In this document: one piece after another, positions 19,456 to 29,154 of the stretch
Position numbering within the stretch: position 1 is the first letter of the stretch
Layout of the letters: every line of letters begins with the position of its first letter
Assembly: GCA_030606215.1 (NCBI GenBank)
Contig: JAUWGW010000004.1
Location: forward strand, 13,047-77,046
Source: a bacterium
GTDB taxonomy: Bacteria > NPL-UPA2 > JAUVJM01
Direction of reading: 5' to 3'
Length of the DNA stretch: 64,000 nucleotides
The notes under the pieces: generated by a model
Told to the model about the DNA's origin: nothing
Seen by the model: only the letters and a program-made list of their open reading frames with translations
Database searches by the model: none
Program-made: the position numbers and the translations under genes

Positions 19456-20449
19456 CGCCCTTCCCGATAATAAATCTTTCCTCAGTTCCAGCTATAACCT
19501 CTCCAATCACTTCCTGGTAGAGCTGATTCAGAAAAACATTGAGTCTTTCCGGCTCCCCGGGATATTCTCGCAAAAGGTCCTGCAGATACTGCGCATCCGC
19601 CTTCGCAGATTCAACTACCCTTGTTTTGTATGTTGCTGCCTCTGATATCACTCTTGCGGCTTCGCCTTTGACTTCATTGACTATACGGCTTGCGTAGGCA
19701 CGCGCAGAATTTATATTTTTACTACTCTCCTGCTCAGCACGGATCACAGAATTGAATGCGTCCCTCACCTGCTGTGGAGGCATCATTTCTCTCAGGTCAA
19801 CACCTTCAATGAAAAGACCGATATTCCTGCGTTCAAGCTCCCCGAGGATACCAACCTGCACCTTTCTCCTCAACTCATCAACGTTTGTTCTGAGCGCCTC
19901 ATCCACTCCAAAATTAGAAGTTTCACGAATAACAGAATTCTTCGCAATTATCGCAAGCACTTTTTCCGGCTCCTCCGCAGAAGTAATATAAGCTACGGGG
20001 TCAGCTATTGTGTATCTAATTGCCCATCCTGAATGGACTATATTCCCATCCCCTGTGAGACAGTATTCATCTAACCCCGGATATAACTTGTCAGCCACTT
20101 TCCTTTGCCCTCCCCGCGTCTTCTCCAGCTCTCCGGGCATAAAGGATACCTCTATACTGTGAACACGCGCCACAGGTATGATTATGTGCTCATCAATGGG
20201 GAAAGGCCATGCCCAGTGCAGACCAGGTTCAAGAACAGTCCCCGCCATCGCTCCAAACCTGAGTACAATCCCGGCTTCATGCTGCTCTACAACAAATATC
20301 CCGGATGTCAAATAAAGAATTAAAACTCCTGCCATAATCACTTTCAGAATGTTAAAGCTGAGTCTCAGAGCATCTGAGAGAGAACTCCTCGCAACCTCAA
20401 CCGTCCCCCCGGGCGCTTGATTTTCCCCACCGTTCATTTCATCACTCAT
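19415..20449 (-). CDS. HflK-like SPFH protein
   Basis: TM helix, EPGLHWAWPFPI, LTGDGNIV, PPQQVRDAF, coiled coil. Confidence 0.9.
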   Translation of the reverse strand: MSDEMNGGENQAPGGTVEVARSSLSDALRLSFNILKVIMAGVLILYLTSGIFVVEQHEAGIVLRFGAMAGTVLEPGLHWAWPFPIDEHIIIPVARVHSIEVSFMPGELEKTRGGQRKVADKLYPGLDEYCLTGDGNIVHSGWAIRYTIADPVAYITSAEEPEKVLAIIAKNSVIRETSNFGVDEALRTNVDELRRKVQVGILGELERRNIGLFIEGVDLREMMPPQQVRDAFNSVIRAEQESSKNINSARAYASRIVNEVKGEAARVISEAATYKTRVVESAKADAQYLQDLLREYPGEPERLNVFLNQLYQEVIGEVIAGTEERFIIGKGDEGEIRYIIGPEK

Positions 20450-21335
20450 TTAATTCAGGCATTCCTTCCAGCAAATCATATGGAGGCATACCGGTATCCA
20501 GGACAATTGTTGTTTTCTCTTTAAGCGTATCTCTTAAAGCATCAAGTTTCCTGAGGAATATTGCAAGTTCTTCGTTTTCTGAAAAAACACCATAATACTT
20601 TGCCGCAAGCGCATCCCCTTCACCCATTATTCTCTTTGCTTCCGCCTCCGCCATTGCAAGAATTCTGTCTCTCTCACTTTCTGCCTCAGCTCTGATCTTA
20701 TTCGCTTCACCCTCACCTTCAGCGCGGTAGCGTTCTGCAATCCGTTCTCTCTCCTTCCTCATCCGCTCAAAAACCTTCGCAGTTGTATCCTCAGGAAGCG
20801 CCATCTGTTTTATCCTGACAAACTCAACACCAATACCATACCGTTCCTCAGTCTCGGTTGAGACAAGTTTTAGCATCTCCTCTTCAATCTCATCAAACTG
20901 TAAGCTCCCGGAATCTGTAGATATAAAATGGTTCAGGGGATGTCTTCCTATAACTGCATTTTTATAATTCCTCAGAACGCTCTGCAAATTTTTCTCAGCT
21001 TCAAGTTCTGTCCCAACACTCTCTAAGAATTTAAGAGGGTTCTGAATCCTCCAGGCAAGAGATGCAGTAATAATGAGGTTTTTGCCATCCCTCGTATATG
21101 TTTCCTCAAATTTGCTGTCAAGAACCTTCAGGCGAGAATCAAATCTGTAGAGAGATTGTATTGGCCATGGCCATTTCCAGTAAAGCCCCGGTTCACTCAA
21201 AACAAGAACAGGTCTGCCAAATGTTGTAAGGACAACCTGCTCATTGAGCCTTACCTGGAAAGCAATAAGGTAAAGCGCGAGAATTACGAGAATTATTCCA
21301 GCAGTTATAATTGTAAAAATGTTCTTTTTCATCAT
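20442..21335 (-). CDS. HflC-like SPFH protein
   Basis: TFGRP, PGLYWKWPWP, FDSR, TRDGKN, RMRKERERIAERYRAEG. Confidence 0.92.
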   Translation of the reverse strand: MMKKNIFTIITAGIILVILALYLIAFQVRLNEQVVLTTFGRPVLVLSEPGLYWKWPWPIQSLYRFDSRLKVLDSKFEETYTRDGKNLIITASLAWRIQNPLKFLESVGTELEAEKNLQSVLRNYKNAVIGRHPLNHFISTDSGSLQFDEIEEEMLKLVSTETEERYGIGVEFVRIKQMALPEDTTAKVFERMRKERERIAERYRAEGEGEANKIRAEAESERDRILAMAEAEAKRIMGEGDALAAKYYGVFSENEELAIFLRKLDALRDTLKEKTTIVLDTGMPPYDLLEGMPELNE

Positions 21336-23201
21336 TTACTCCTCCATTTCTGTCAAATCAATATCCAGAAGTTCAGGTCTGAGTTTCTCTTTCATATCTA
21401 CAATTGTAACCTGATGAGCTTTAGCTTTCTCAGGCACAACATATTTCCTGAGGTTCTTCAGCTTTTCTTCAAGCGCATCCAGAAACTTTCTCATTCGATA
21501 AACCTTCTTGCAAGATTTGTCTGCGGAATATTGTTTCATGAACTGCTCTGCTCTCGCACCTGCCACCGTTTGCCGGCGGAACTTGTACGCAGAAGCTTCC
21601 GTTTTCAGCACCTTTTCCTGATACTCAGCTAATGGGATGATTTTGTTTCTGTAAGATTCCGCCGCAAGTACACTTGTATGTTTCTCCTCAATTGCCCCCA
21701 CCACTTCCTCAAAGGCACCTGCAACCTCTACAGGAGGATGAACATTTTCAAAACCAACATATAATATTTCCAGCCCAAGTTCCGCGTGCTCACACGCATC
21801 TGCTATACGACGAGCCAGATGTTTTGAAGCCTGTAATCTACCCGGGCCCATTATGTCAAATAAGTCAACGCTCACCATGAAGCGCACAAGTTCCCTTGAC
21901 GCGATACTCTCAAGAACTTTCACAGGGTCCTGTTTTTTATAGAGAAAAGTCCGTAAATCATTTATGCGATATTGAATATCAACAGAGGTGTTCAAAAAAT
22001 TAACAGGGACAGCCTCTAAATCTTCCCTTTCCCCTGAAACTGTCTCACTGCTGGCAACAATGAGATTATTCACGCCGCAGCCATGTTCCACAGTCCACAA
22101 AATTACATCCCTGTGCGCTCCATGCGCTTCATGTCTTCCACGCTCTCCATGCACACCTATTGTCACCGTCTCAATTCGTCTCGTCGGATATTTGAAAACA
22201 CTCTCAACAGGCCACGGTAATTTGAAATGAAGTCCCGGCTCAAGTATATCGTCAGCGGGACTCCCGAATCTTTCCACTATTGCAGTCTCTTCCGGATTGA
22301 CAACAACTATACATGTGAGACCGTAAAATGCAATTATCTGGAAAAGGATGATTGGCGCTATCGCCCTTTCAAGGAATCTGTAGAACCACGTCTGGGAAAT
22401 TTCAAGTCCGAACTGGTAGTCCAGAGCTTCAGCTACTGTTTTGAGCGCTCCGGAAGGTCTCGCCAGCATCCTGAGCATCCTGCTGGAATACGGCGGATGA
22501 TATTCAAGAGACGGGACCCTTGGCCTGTAAATATGGAGGATAAAGTTCAAAACCAGCTCAATTCCCAGTATTCCTGCCACCAGCGGAATTGCGAAAGAAA
22601 TAAATTTTTCAACCTTCGGCAATCCTAAATAAATCGTTACCAATCCACAGGAAACTGCTATGGAACATATTGCGCAGAGTATGGATATTGCTCCACCTGC
22701 CTCAATTAACCTCCACCGTGCAGCAGTCGCAAGCCCACTTGCATATCTCCCAAAAATAAACAGAACAAACGCAATTCCGGCAACTCCAGCTGCCGCGGCA
22801 GCAGTTCTTCCAATGCCGGCTTCTAACAAGGGGAAAATACCTGCAAATTTCAGAAGAGGCACAGCAGCCATGTAGAATGCTATCAGGAGAGAAACGCCGG
22901 GTAAGAACCACCGCTCCATTTGTCTGAGGCGCACCTTTGCACTGAAAGAGTCATAACTCTCATCTTCAAAAAGATGTGAACTTTTTGGCGCTTTCTCCTT
23001 CAGAGCTTTGACATTATCCTCTTCAACAGTTACAAGAAACTTCTGTCTCAGGTGGATGAATACAACTCCCCAGATAAGTCCGGACCCAAAGATAAGAAGA
23101 GACAGAAGAACCGGAGATTGGGTCCCGCTCCAGATACCGAGAAAAGCTGATAGACATGAGAATATTATATGTAATACAAAACCAAAAAAAGCTACCTTCA
23201 T
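21336..23201 (-). CDS. HflK-like SPFH protein with multi-TM N-terminal extension
   Basis: About 290 aa polytopic N-terminus, then ERFG, EPGLHFKLPWP, HPPVEVAGAFEEV. Confidence 0.88.
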   Translation of the reverse strand: MKVAFFGFVLHIIFSCLSAFLGIWSGTQSPVLLSLLIFGSGLIWGVVFIHLRQKFLVTVEEDNVKALKEKAPKSSHLFEDESYDSFSAKVRLRQMERWFLPGVSLLIAFYMAAVPLLKFAGIFPLLEAGIGRTAAAAAGVAGIAFVLFIFGRYASGLATAARWRLIEAGGAISILCAICSIAVSCGLVTIYLGLPKVEKFISFAIPLVAGILGIELVLNFILHIYRPRVPSLEYHPPYSSRMLRMLARPSGALKTVAEALDYQFGLEISQTWFYRFLERAIAPIILFQIIAFYGLTCIVVVNPEETAIVERFGSPADDILEPGLHFKLPWPVESVFKYPTRRIETVTIGVHGERGRHEAHGAHRDVILWTVEHGCGVNNLIVASSETVSGEREDLEAVPVNFLNTSVDIQYRINDLRTFLYKKQDPVKVLESIASRELVRFMVSVDLFDIMGPGRLQASKHLARRIADACEHAELGLEILYVGFENVHPPVEVAGAFEEVVGAIEEKHTSVLAAESYRNKIIPLAEYQEKVLKTEASAYKFRRQTVAGARAEQFMKQYSADKSCKKVYRMRKFLDALEEKLKNLRKYVVPEKAKAHQVTIVDMKEKLRPELLDIDLTEMEE

Positions 23202-24154
23202 ACGCTTTCCCTTCCCTCAAAAAGCACTATGGATATTAAAAGGATAGCTGCTGAATAGAAAAATCCGTATCCGCTGGCTCCCAAAACATACTTAGCGGGA
23301 ATCGTCTCACCAGCCACTATCATATCTGCCATCCAGAATACCTGCATATTAGGTATCAGCACATATGCGGCTCTCGCAAAGATGTTATCAAACCTTCCAA
23401 ATATATGGTCTGAAAGAAGCCCGAGCAGAAAGATAGATGCGCAGAACCCAACAGTCAGAACGACGCTGAATCTGGTTGATATAGCAACCGCCACCGCCGC
23501 AATACTCAAAAGAGCAACAAGTATCAGATAGCTTGCTGCCACTACCTGAATGTCAACATCGGCACAGAACCTCTGAAAATTCAAATCCTTATCAATGAAG
23601 CCGAGCAGCACAAACATAAAACTGAAACTCAGAATAGAATATCCAAAACAGGAACTGCAGAATGGACGGTCATGAAAATAGTTGGCAAGAGCTGCGAGAA
23701 GAATACCAACGGTAAAAGCAAAAATTTCTCCATAAATAACAGGACGATGAAGTTTTATATATGCCGCCTCCGGAACCCCTATTCTGACTGTCAGTATAAG
23801 GATTAAAGTTAGAAGATATGCGGATGCAATTAGAGCGAGTGCAATACCGGTGAATTTGCCGAGAATGAACTGCGCTTTTGATACGGGTTTTGTCAGAACC
23901 GTCAGGATGGTTTTGTTTTCCATCTCATTTGAAATGACATTTCCAGCAGAAAATGCCGCCTGAAGAAGACCTGTAAGCAATATTGTTGCAAGCCCCATAT
24001 CCTTGAGCAGTTTCACATCGTCCATCAATGTGAACATTGCAAAAGACGGACTCAGCGCAATCATAAAGGCGCCAATCCCAAGAATAATTACAAAGACCGG
24101 CTGCCGCACCGTCTCAGTAAGCGCATTCTTTGCTATCGCAGCTATCTTACCCAT
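23198..24154 (-). CDS. ABC-2 type permease (PilI-like)
   Basis: AIAKNALTETVRQP, EMENKTILTVLTKPVSK..FILGKF, PN, FEGRE. Confidence 0.88.
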   Translation of the reverse strand: MGKIAAIAKNALTETVRQPVFVIILGIGAFMIALSPSFAMFTLMDDVKLLKDMGLATILLTGLLQAAFSAGNVISNEMENKTILTVLTKPVSKAQFILGKFTGIALALIASAYLLTLILILTVRIGVPEAAYIKLHRPVIYGEIFAFTVGILLAALANYFHDRPFCSSCFGYSILSFSFMFVLLGFIDKDLNFQRFCADVDIQVVAASYLILVALLSIAAVAVAISTRFSVVLTVGFCASIFLLGLLSDHIFGRFDNIFARAAYVLIPNMQVFWMADMIVAGETIPAKYVLGASGYGFFYSAAILLISIVLFEGRESV

Positions 24155-24186
24155 TTACAACACTCACTTTTCAATCTACAAGAGTA

Positions 24187-24215
24187 ATTATACCCACTCT
24201 AAACCAACAGTGCAA
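24187..24215 (-). promoter_or_regulatory. sigma70-type promoter of the SPFH/P-type/ABC operon
   Basis: TTGCAC-17 nt-TATAAT on the minus strand, about 30 nt before the ATG at 24154. Confidence 0.65.
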
Positions 24216-24444
24216 GGATAAATCCGTTGTGAATTGGGAAATTATTGCCGACTTCGTACGGAAGAAATGAGGTCTTGCTCAGAAGGACGAAGGTTGGGAT
24301 TTTTTTCTTTACATCGCTCCCGCAATGTGACAAAATTAAAAATGAGCAGTTAATGAAACTATTTAGATAGATTTTCGCAGATAACAAAAGTTGTGTTATG
24401 ATAACAATGAACACAGGGCAAGACAACCAGAGGAGGCAAATGAA

Positions 24445-25539
24445 ATGAGGACGGAAATTTTGTCGAAAGTACTACAAATCTTTCTGATAGTGCTTATATT
24501 GGGGATTTTCGTTGTTGCCGGCAGAGCAGAGGACTATAAGATGCCTTCTTCATCTATGGAAGCGGCTCAAGCATTACCGAGGGGTGGTAACAGTTTTGAA
24601 ACCGCGGTTAAGATAAAACCTGGAAGTTATCAAAGGGGCGTCTTAGAAGAGAACGAATACTTTTGTGTTGCTGGTATAAAACCGGGCCAGGAAATCAATA
24701 TTAAGTATACCTTTGGTGCTGGGACTGGTAAGCATGGATGGGGTAACCTGAGTTTATACGATGAAGATAGAACAATATTATTTGGCCACTTTGATATGGT
24801 TGGCAAGGGAGGATCGAAATCAATTACAGTTTCTTGGCTGCCAAATACAGATAAAGATTCTTACAAATATTATATCCATACAGGATATAGCGATTACGAT
24901 GTGGGTCCAGTCTCATTTGATATCTCGTTGACAAATTATTATGATGCCGGAAGCCAGACCGATGCCGGAGGTACGTTTGAGAAAGCAATGAGTATTACCG
25001 CTGGAAACTACAAAGCTTATCTTTCAGGAGAAGAAGCGGGCACAGATACTAAAGATTTCTACAAGATGGCCGTTAAAAAAGGAGAAATGTTAACTGTTAA
25101 AGTTGTTCCACCGAGCGAGGCAAGCCCGAGTTTGAAAATATACAATAGCGACAGAGTGATAATTAAACAAGTATTCGCTCCAAATCCAGGAGCAATTGTT
25201 CGAGCTTCTTTGACTGCAAAGAAAAGCGAAAAAATTTTCGTTGCCGTTCTTTGTGATGGATGTGGCAGCAAAAACGTGGCTGAGTATTCATTAGGTATTA
25301 CAATTCAGCCACCGCCAGAAGAGGAAGTAGTGCTACCGGAAGAAGAGATAACGCTACCCGAAGAAGGAGTACCATCGGGAGAAGCACCGGAGCCGATAGC
25401 GCCAAAGGAAGCAAAAGAAGTAGCAAAAGCTGTTGGGAAAGGAATCGCTGTGAGAATAATTCTTTGGATTGTATTCTCGCTTGTTCTCCTTATAATAATC
25501 GGAGTAGTTGTTTATTCCCTTTTGAAAAAGAAAACATAA
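24445..25539 (+). CDS. secreted, C-terminally membrane-anchored surface protein with two PPC-like repeats
   Basis: RBS AGGAGG at 24431; signal peptide; repeats GGNSFETAVKIKPGSY / GGTFEKAMSITAGNY; Pro/Glu linker; TM helix plus KKKT. Confidence 0.7.
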   Translation: MRTEILSKVLQIFLIVLILGIFVVAGRAEDYKMPSSSMEAAQALPRGGNSFETAVKIKPGSYQRGVLEENEYFCVAGIKPGQEINIKYTFGAGTGKHGWGNLSLYDEDRTILFGHFDMVGKGGSKSITVSWLPNTDKDSYKYYIHTGYSDYDVGPVSFDISLTNYYDAGSQTDAGGTFEKAMSITAGNYKAYLSGEEAGTDTKDFYKMAVKKGEMLTVKVVPPSEASPSLKIYNSDRVIIKQVFAPNPGAIVRASLTAKKSEKIFVAVLCDGCGSKNVAEYSLGITIQPPPEEEVVLPEEEITLPEEGVPSGEAPEPIAPKEAKEVAKAVGKGIAVRIILWIVFSLVLLIIIGVVVYSLLKKKT

Positions 25540-25646
25540 CCATACCCTCTTTGTGAAGAACTGCAGTAAAAGTCTTCATCTCTTTCTCGCTTCCTTTTTC
25601 ACTTAAATTTCGTAACTCTTAAGCCATCAGAAATGCAGGGTGTAGT

Positions 25647-25664
25647 TGCAAAGTTTACTTTGCA
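25647..25664. promoter_or_regulatory. perfect palindrome, possible operator
   Basis: TGCAAAGT-TT-ACTTTGCA in the intergenic region upstream of the kinase-mtnA operon. Confidence 0.35.
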
Positions 25665-25788
25665 TTAGCAGTGCTTAGATTCTCCAGAATTGCCTTATCA
25701 AAAACCTGTATAAATTGTATCATTGCCTAATGTGAAAATCTATAAAAATCACATTTGATTTTTGAGAAATTGTGATACAATTAGGGAA

Positions 25789-27198
25789 ATGAGAAGGGGA
25801 GCAGCGAATTTTCTTGGGATTTATATTGGGATAAGAGAAGTGAGGGGGATTCTGAGTGATGAAACCGGAGCTGTGCTGGGCCGGTCCAGAATCCGGATTC
25901 AAGACAAACCCTGTGCAGAGCAGGAACCAGAGATGCTGTGGCAGAAAGTTATAAGCTGTCTGAAGGAACTGGTTCAATTTACATCAGAAATTGCTGCACT
26001 CGGGGTTAGCTCCACATCAGGAGCAGTAATCCCGGTTGATGCGGATGGGAAAGCCCTGCATCCGGCTATAGTGGGAGAGGATAGCCGCGCTGAAAAAGAA
26101 GCAAAGCTCATTAATGAAAAAGGCGAAAATTTCATAAAAAAATTAGGATACCGGTTTGAACCATCATCTGCACTGGCAAAGATTCTCTGGCTAAGAAGAC
26201 AGAAAGCTGAAATTTACAGGAAAACCAGAAAGTTTATTAACGTTTCCGATTTCATTGCCGGGAAGCTCACAGGAGAATTTTTTGTTACTGACACTTCAAA
26301 TGCTCTGAAGAGCGGCTATGATATCATTGATTTGAGGTGGCCTGTTTTCATCCGCGAGTTTGGGCTATTGCCGGAGAACCTGCCAAAAGTGGTCAAACCT
26401 GGAGAAGTCATTGGTTCGGTCCAGAAGTCTTTCGCAAAGCAGGCCGGTCTCCCCGGACATACTAAAGTAATAGCCGGCACAACAGATGAACTAACCCTTC
26501 TTATTTCCTCAGGAGCAACCTCGCCGGGACAGTGGAATTCCCACCTCGGGAGGAAACTCAGAGTTACAGGAGTATCTTCAAAACTCATCAAGGATAAACT
26601 TTTCAGGATTTATTCGCACCTTCATCCTGAAGATTCCTGGATTGTGGAAGGGGAAAGTTCTGTTGGAAAGGAAAGTCTGGAGGAAAGATTTGCCGGCGAA
26701 AATTTCCAGGAGATGCAGGAACATATAACAACAAGTAGTTTAATTGTATATCCTCTAACTCAGCAGGGCGAAAAATTTCCATTCCTCAATCCTGATGCGC
26801 AGGGATTTATAATCGGTAAACCGCATGATAAATATGACCTTTATTCAGGTTATCTTGAAGGAATCGGATTTGTTGAGAAATGGATATTCGAATTTCTAAG
26901 AGAGCTCGGATTTGAAATGAGTGAAGAGATTCGCATAACAGGTCCAGGTAACCCGCACTGGGTACAGATGAGAGCAAATGTTCTGGAAAAAGTCTTGATA
27001 AAACCAGAAACAGGGTCGCCAGAAATGGGGACTGCAATTCTATCAGCAGGAACGACTTTTTTCTCAAATCTACCAGAAGCTGTAAAGTCAATGGTCCGCA
27101 TTGAAAAACATGTTGAACCCCAGCCGCATATTTGCGACACTTACCGTGGGAAATATAGAAAATTCAGACAGGTTTGCAGGGCAATCGGATATGAGTAA
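25789..27198 (+). CDS. FGGY-family carbohydrate kinase-like protein (degenerate motifs)
   Basis: EQEP, DSRA, LAKILWL, TDTSNALKSGYD, GTTD, GEKFPF; the N-terminal DxGT motif reads YIGI. Confidence 0.85.
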   Translation: MRRGAANFLGIYIGIREVRGILSDETGAVLGRSRIRIQDKPCAEQEPEMLWQKVISCLKELVQFTSEIAALGVSSTSGAVIPVDADGKALHPAIVGEDSRAEKEAKLINEKGENFIKKLGYRFEPSSALAKILWLRRQKAEIYRKTRKFINVSDFIAGKLTGEFFVTDTSNALKSGYDIIDLRWPVFIREFGLLPENLPKVVKPGEVIGSVQKSFAKQAGLPGHTKVIAGTTDELTLLISSGATSPGQWNSHLGRKLRVTGVSSKLIKDKLFRIYSHLHPEDSWIVEGESSVGKESLEERFAGENFQEMQEHITTSSLIVYPLTQQGEKFPFLNPDAQGFIIGKPHDKYDLYSGYLEGIGFVEKWIFEFLRELGFEMSEEIRITGPGNPHWVQMRANVLEKVLIKPETGSPEMGTAILSAGTTFFSNLPEAVKSMVRIEKHVEPQPHICDTYRGKYRKFRQVCRAIGYE

Positions 27199-28234
27199 AC
27201 CAGTTTCTACAATAAGCTGGGATAATGGACGTGTAAAACTTATTGACCAGACAAAACTTCCGCTTGAGCTCAGCTATATCTACTGTTCGGATGTAAAATG
27301 CATCCGGGATGCTATAAAGACACTCAAAGTGCGCGGGGCACCTGCTATTGGTATTGCAGGAGCTTTTGGCGTGGTAATCGGCATTCAGAATTCCGGCGCC
27401 CAAAATTTTGATGAGTTTGAAAAAGAACTCAACGAGATTATAGATTATATATCAACATCCAGACCGACTGCGGTTAATCTTTTCTGGGCACTCAACAGAA
27501 TGAGAGAAACAGCGCTCTCAAACCGTGATAAGAGTATGTCTGAGATAAAAAAGATACTGCTCAGGACCGCATTGAGTATCCTTGAAGAAGATAGGAAGGT
27601 ATGCAGACAAATAGGTCTTCATGGAGCAGATTTGCTTGAAGACGGTGATACAGTTCTGACTCACTGCAACGCAGGAGCACTTGCCACAGCCGATTATGGA
27701 ACAGCGCTGGGTATCATATATAAAGCAGTTGAGCTCGGTAAAAAAATAAGTGTCTACGCCGATGAGACAAGACCACTGCTTCAGGGAGCGAGACTTACAA
27801 CATGGGAATTGAAGCAGGCAAAAATTGATGTAACACTTATATGTGATAATACAGCCGCAGTTGTGATGAAACAGGGCAAAATCAAAAAAGTTTTAATCGG
27901 GGCAGATAGAATTGCATCCAATGGGGATACAGCGAATAAAATCGGCAGTTACAACCTTGCAATACTTGCAAAAGCTCATGACATTCCTCTTTACGTAGCG
28001 GCTCCAACATCAACTCTTGATTTAAGTCTTTCAACAGGAAAAGAAATCCCCATTGAGGAAAGAGATGCTGAAGAAGTAACACATTGGTTCGGGAAACGCA
28101 TTACAGCAGAAGGGATAAAGGTTTATTCCCCTGCTTTTGATATCACTCCTTCTCACCTTATAACAGCAATAATAACCGAGAAGGGCATTGCTTATCCCCC
28201 GTATGAAAAGAGCTTCAAGGAGATGATGAAGTGA
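27191..28234 (+). CDS. mtnA: S-methyl-5-thioribose-1-phosphate isomerase
   Basis: DQTKLP, VRGAPAIG, RPTAVNL, THCNAGALAT, ETRPLLQGARLT, NKIG. Confidence 0.96.
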   Translation: MSKPVSTISWDNGRVKLIDQTKLPLELSYIYCSDVKCIRDAIKTLKVRGAPAIGIAGAFGVVIGIQNSGAQNFDEFEKELNEIIDYISTSRPTAVNLFWALNRMRETALSNRDKSMSEIKKILLRTALSILEEDRKVCRQIGLHGADLLEDGDTVLTHCNAGALATADYGTALGIIYKAVELGKKISVYADETRPLLQGARLTTWELKQAKIDVTLICDNTAAVVMKQGKIKKVLIGADRIASNGDTANKIGSYNLAILAKAHDIPLYVAAPTSTLDLSLSTGKEIPIEERDAEEVTHWFGKRITAEGIKVYSPAFDITPSHLITAIITEKGIAYPPYEKSFKEMMK

Positions 28235-29154
28235 ATCTAAATGAAATAGGTGAAGTGGGGCTTATTGAACGAATCAAGAAGAAAATTGACACAAAAGACC
28301 CACATATTATAGCAGGCATCGGAGATGATGCAGCGGTTATAAAATCCGATGGGAGGAACTACACACTCATCACAACAGATATGCTGATAGAGAATGTGCA
28401 TTTTACTCTCCAGGCAATGAGTTTCTCACAGATAGGACATAAAGCACTGGCGGTAAATCTGAGTGATATTGCGGCAATGGGGGGAGTGCCAAAGTTCTGC
28501 CTTGTCAATCTCGGGCTGAATAAGAAAATAAGAGTTGAAGATGTTGACGAGATTTATAAAGGGCTGCAGGCGCTTGCGGAAGAATATAATGTAAAAGTTC
28601 TTGGAGGTGATACAAACTTCTCCCCCTCTGGCGTCATAATTGATATGTGCGTAATAGGCGAAGTAGAGCCGGAATTCCTGTGTCTGAGATCAGGGGCTCA
28701 GGCAGGAGATTCAATCTTTGTAACAGGTGCGCTTGGGGCCGCGGCGGTTTATCTTGCAAAAGGAAAATACTTCCCACCAACTCCCAGGATAAAAACTGCG
28801 CGGGCAATTACTAAAACAGTTAAGGTCCACGCCATGATAGATATTAGTGATGGGCTCGCCAATGACCTGCATCATATTGCTAAAAGCAGCAATGTTGGAG
28901 CTCTCATCAACATTGAAGATATTCCCGTATTCCCTGAAGCTGACACTGAACTTGCCTTAAGCGGTGGTGAAGATTTCGAACTTCTTTTCACAGCGCCGGA
29001 TGCAGAGAAGGATAAACTACTCAGGGAAATCCCCGGGAAAACAGGCACAGCTCTTACGTGCATCGGGAAGATTACCGGGGAAGGCATAAAAATAAAGCGT
29101 GGAGACGGGAAAATTTCCCTGCTTTCTCTTAGAGGATATGACCACTTCAAGTAA
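28231..29154 (+). CDS. thiL: thiamine-monophosphate kinase
   Basis: GIGDDAA, NLSDIAAMGG, GGDT, DISDGL, GGEDFELLFT, GYDHF. Confidence 0.96.
   Translation: MNLNEIGEVGLIERIKKKIDTKDPHIIAGIGDDAAVIKSDGRNYTLITTDMLIENVHFTLQAMSFSQIGHKALAVNLSDIAAMGGVPKFCLVNLGLNKKIRVEDVDEIYKGLQALAEEYNVKVLGGDTNFSPSGVIIDMCVIGEVEPEFLCLRSGAQAGDSIFVTGALGAAAVYLAKGKYFPPTPRIKTARAITKTVKVHAMIDISDGLANDLHHIAKSSNVGALINIEDIPVFPEADTELALSGGEDFELLFTAPDAEKDKLLREIPGKTGTALTCIGKITGEGIKIKRGDGKISLLSLRGYDHFK

Noticed and set aside
24199-24426. 75-aa minus-strand ORF
   Set aside because: Covers promoter/intergenic sequence and has no protein-like features.
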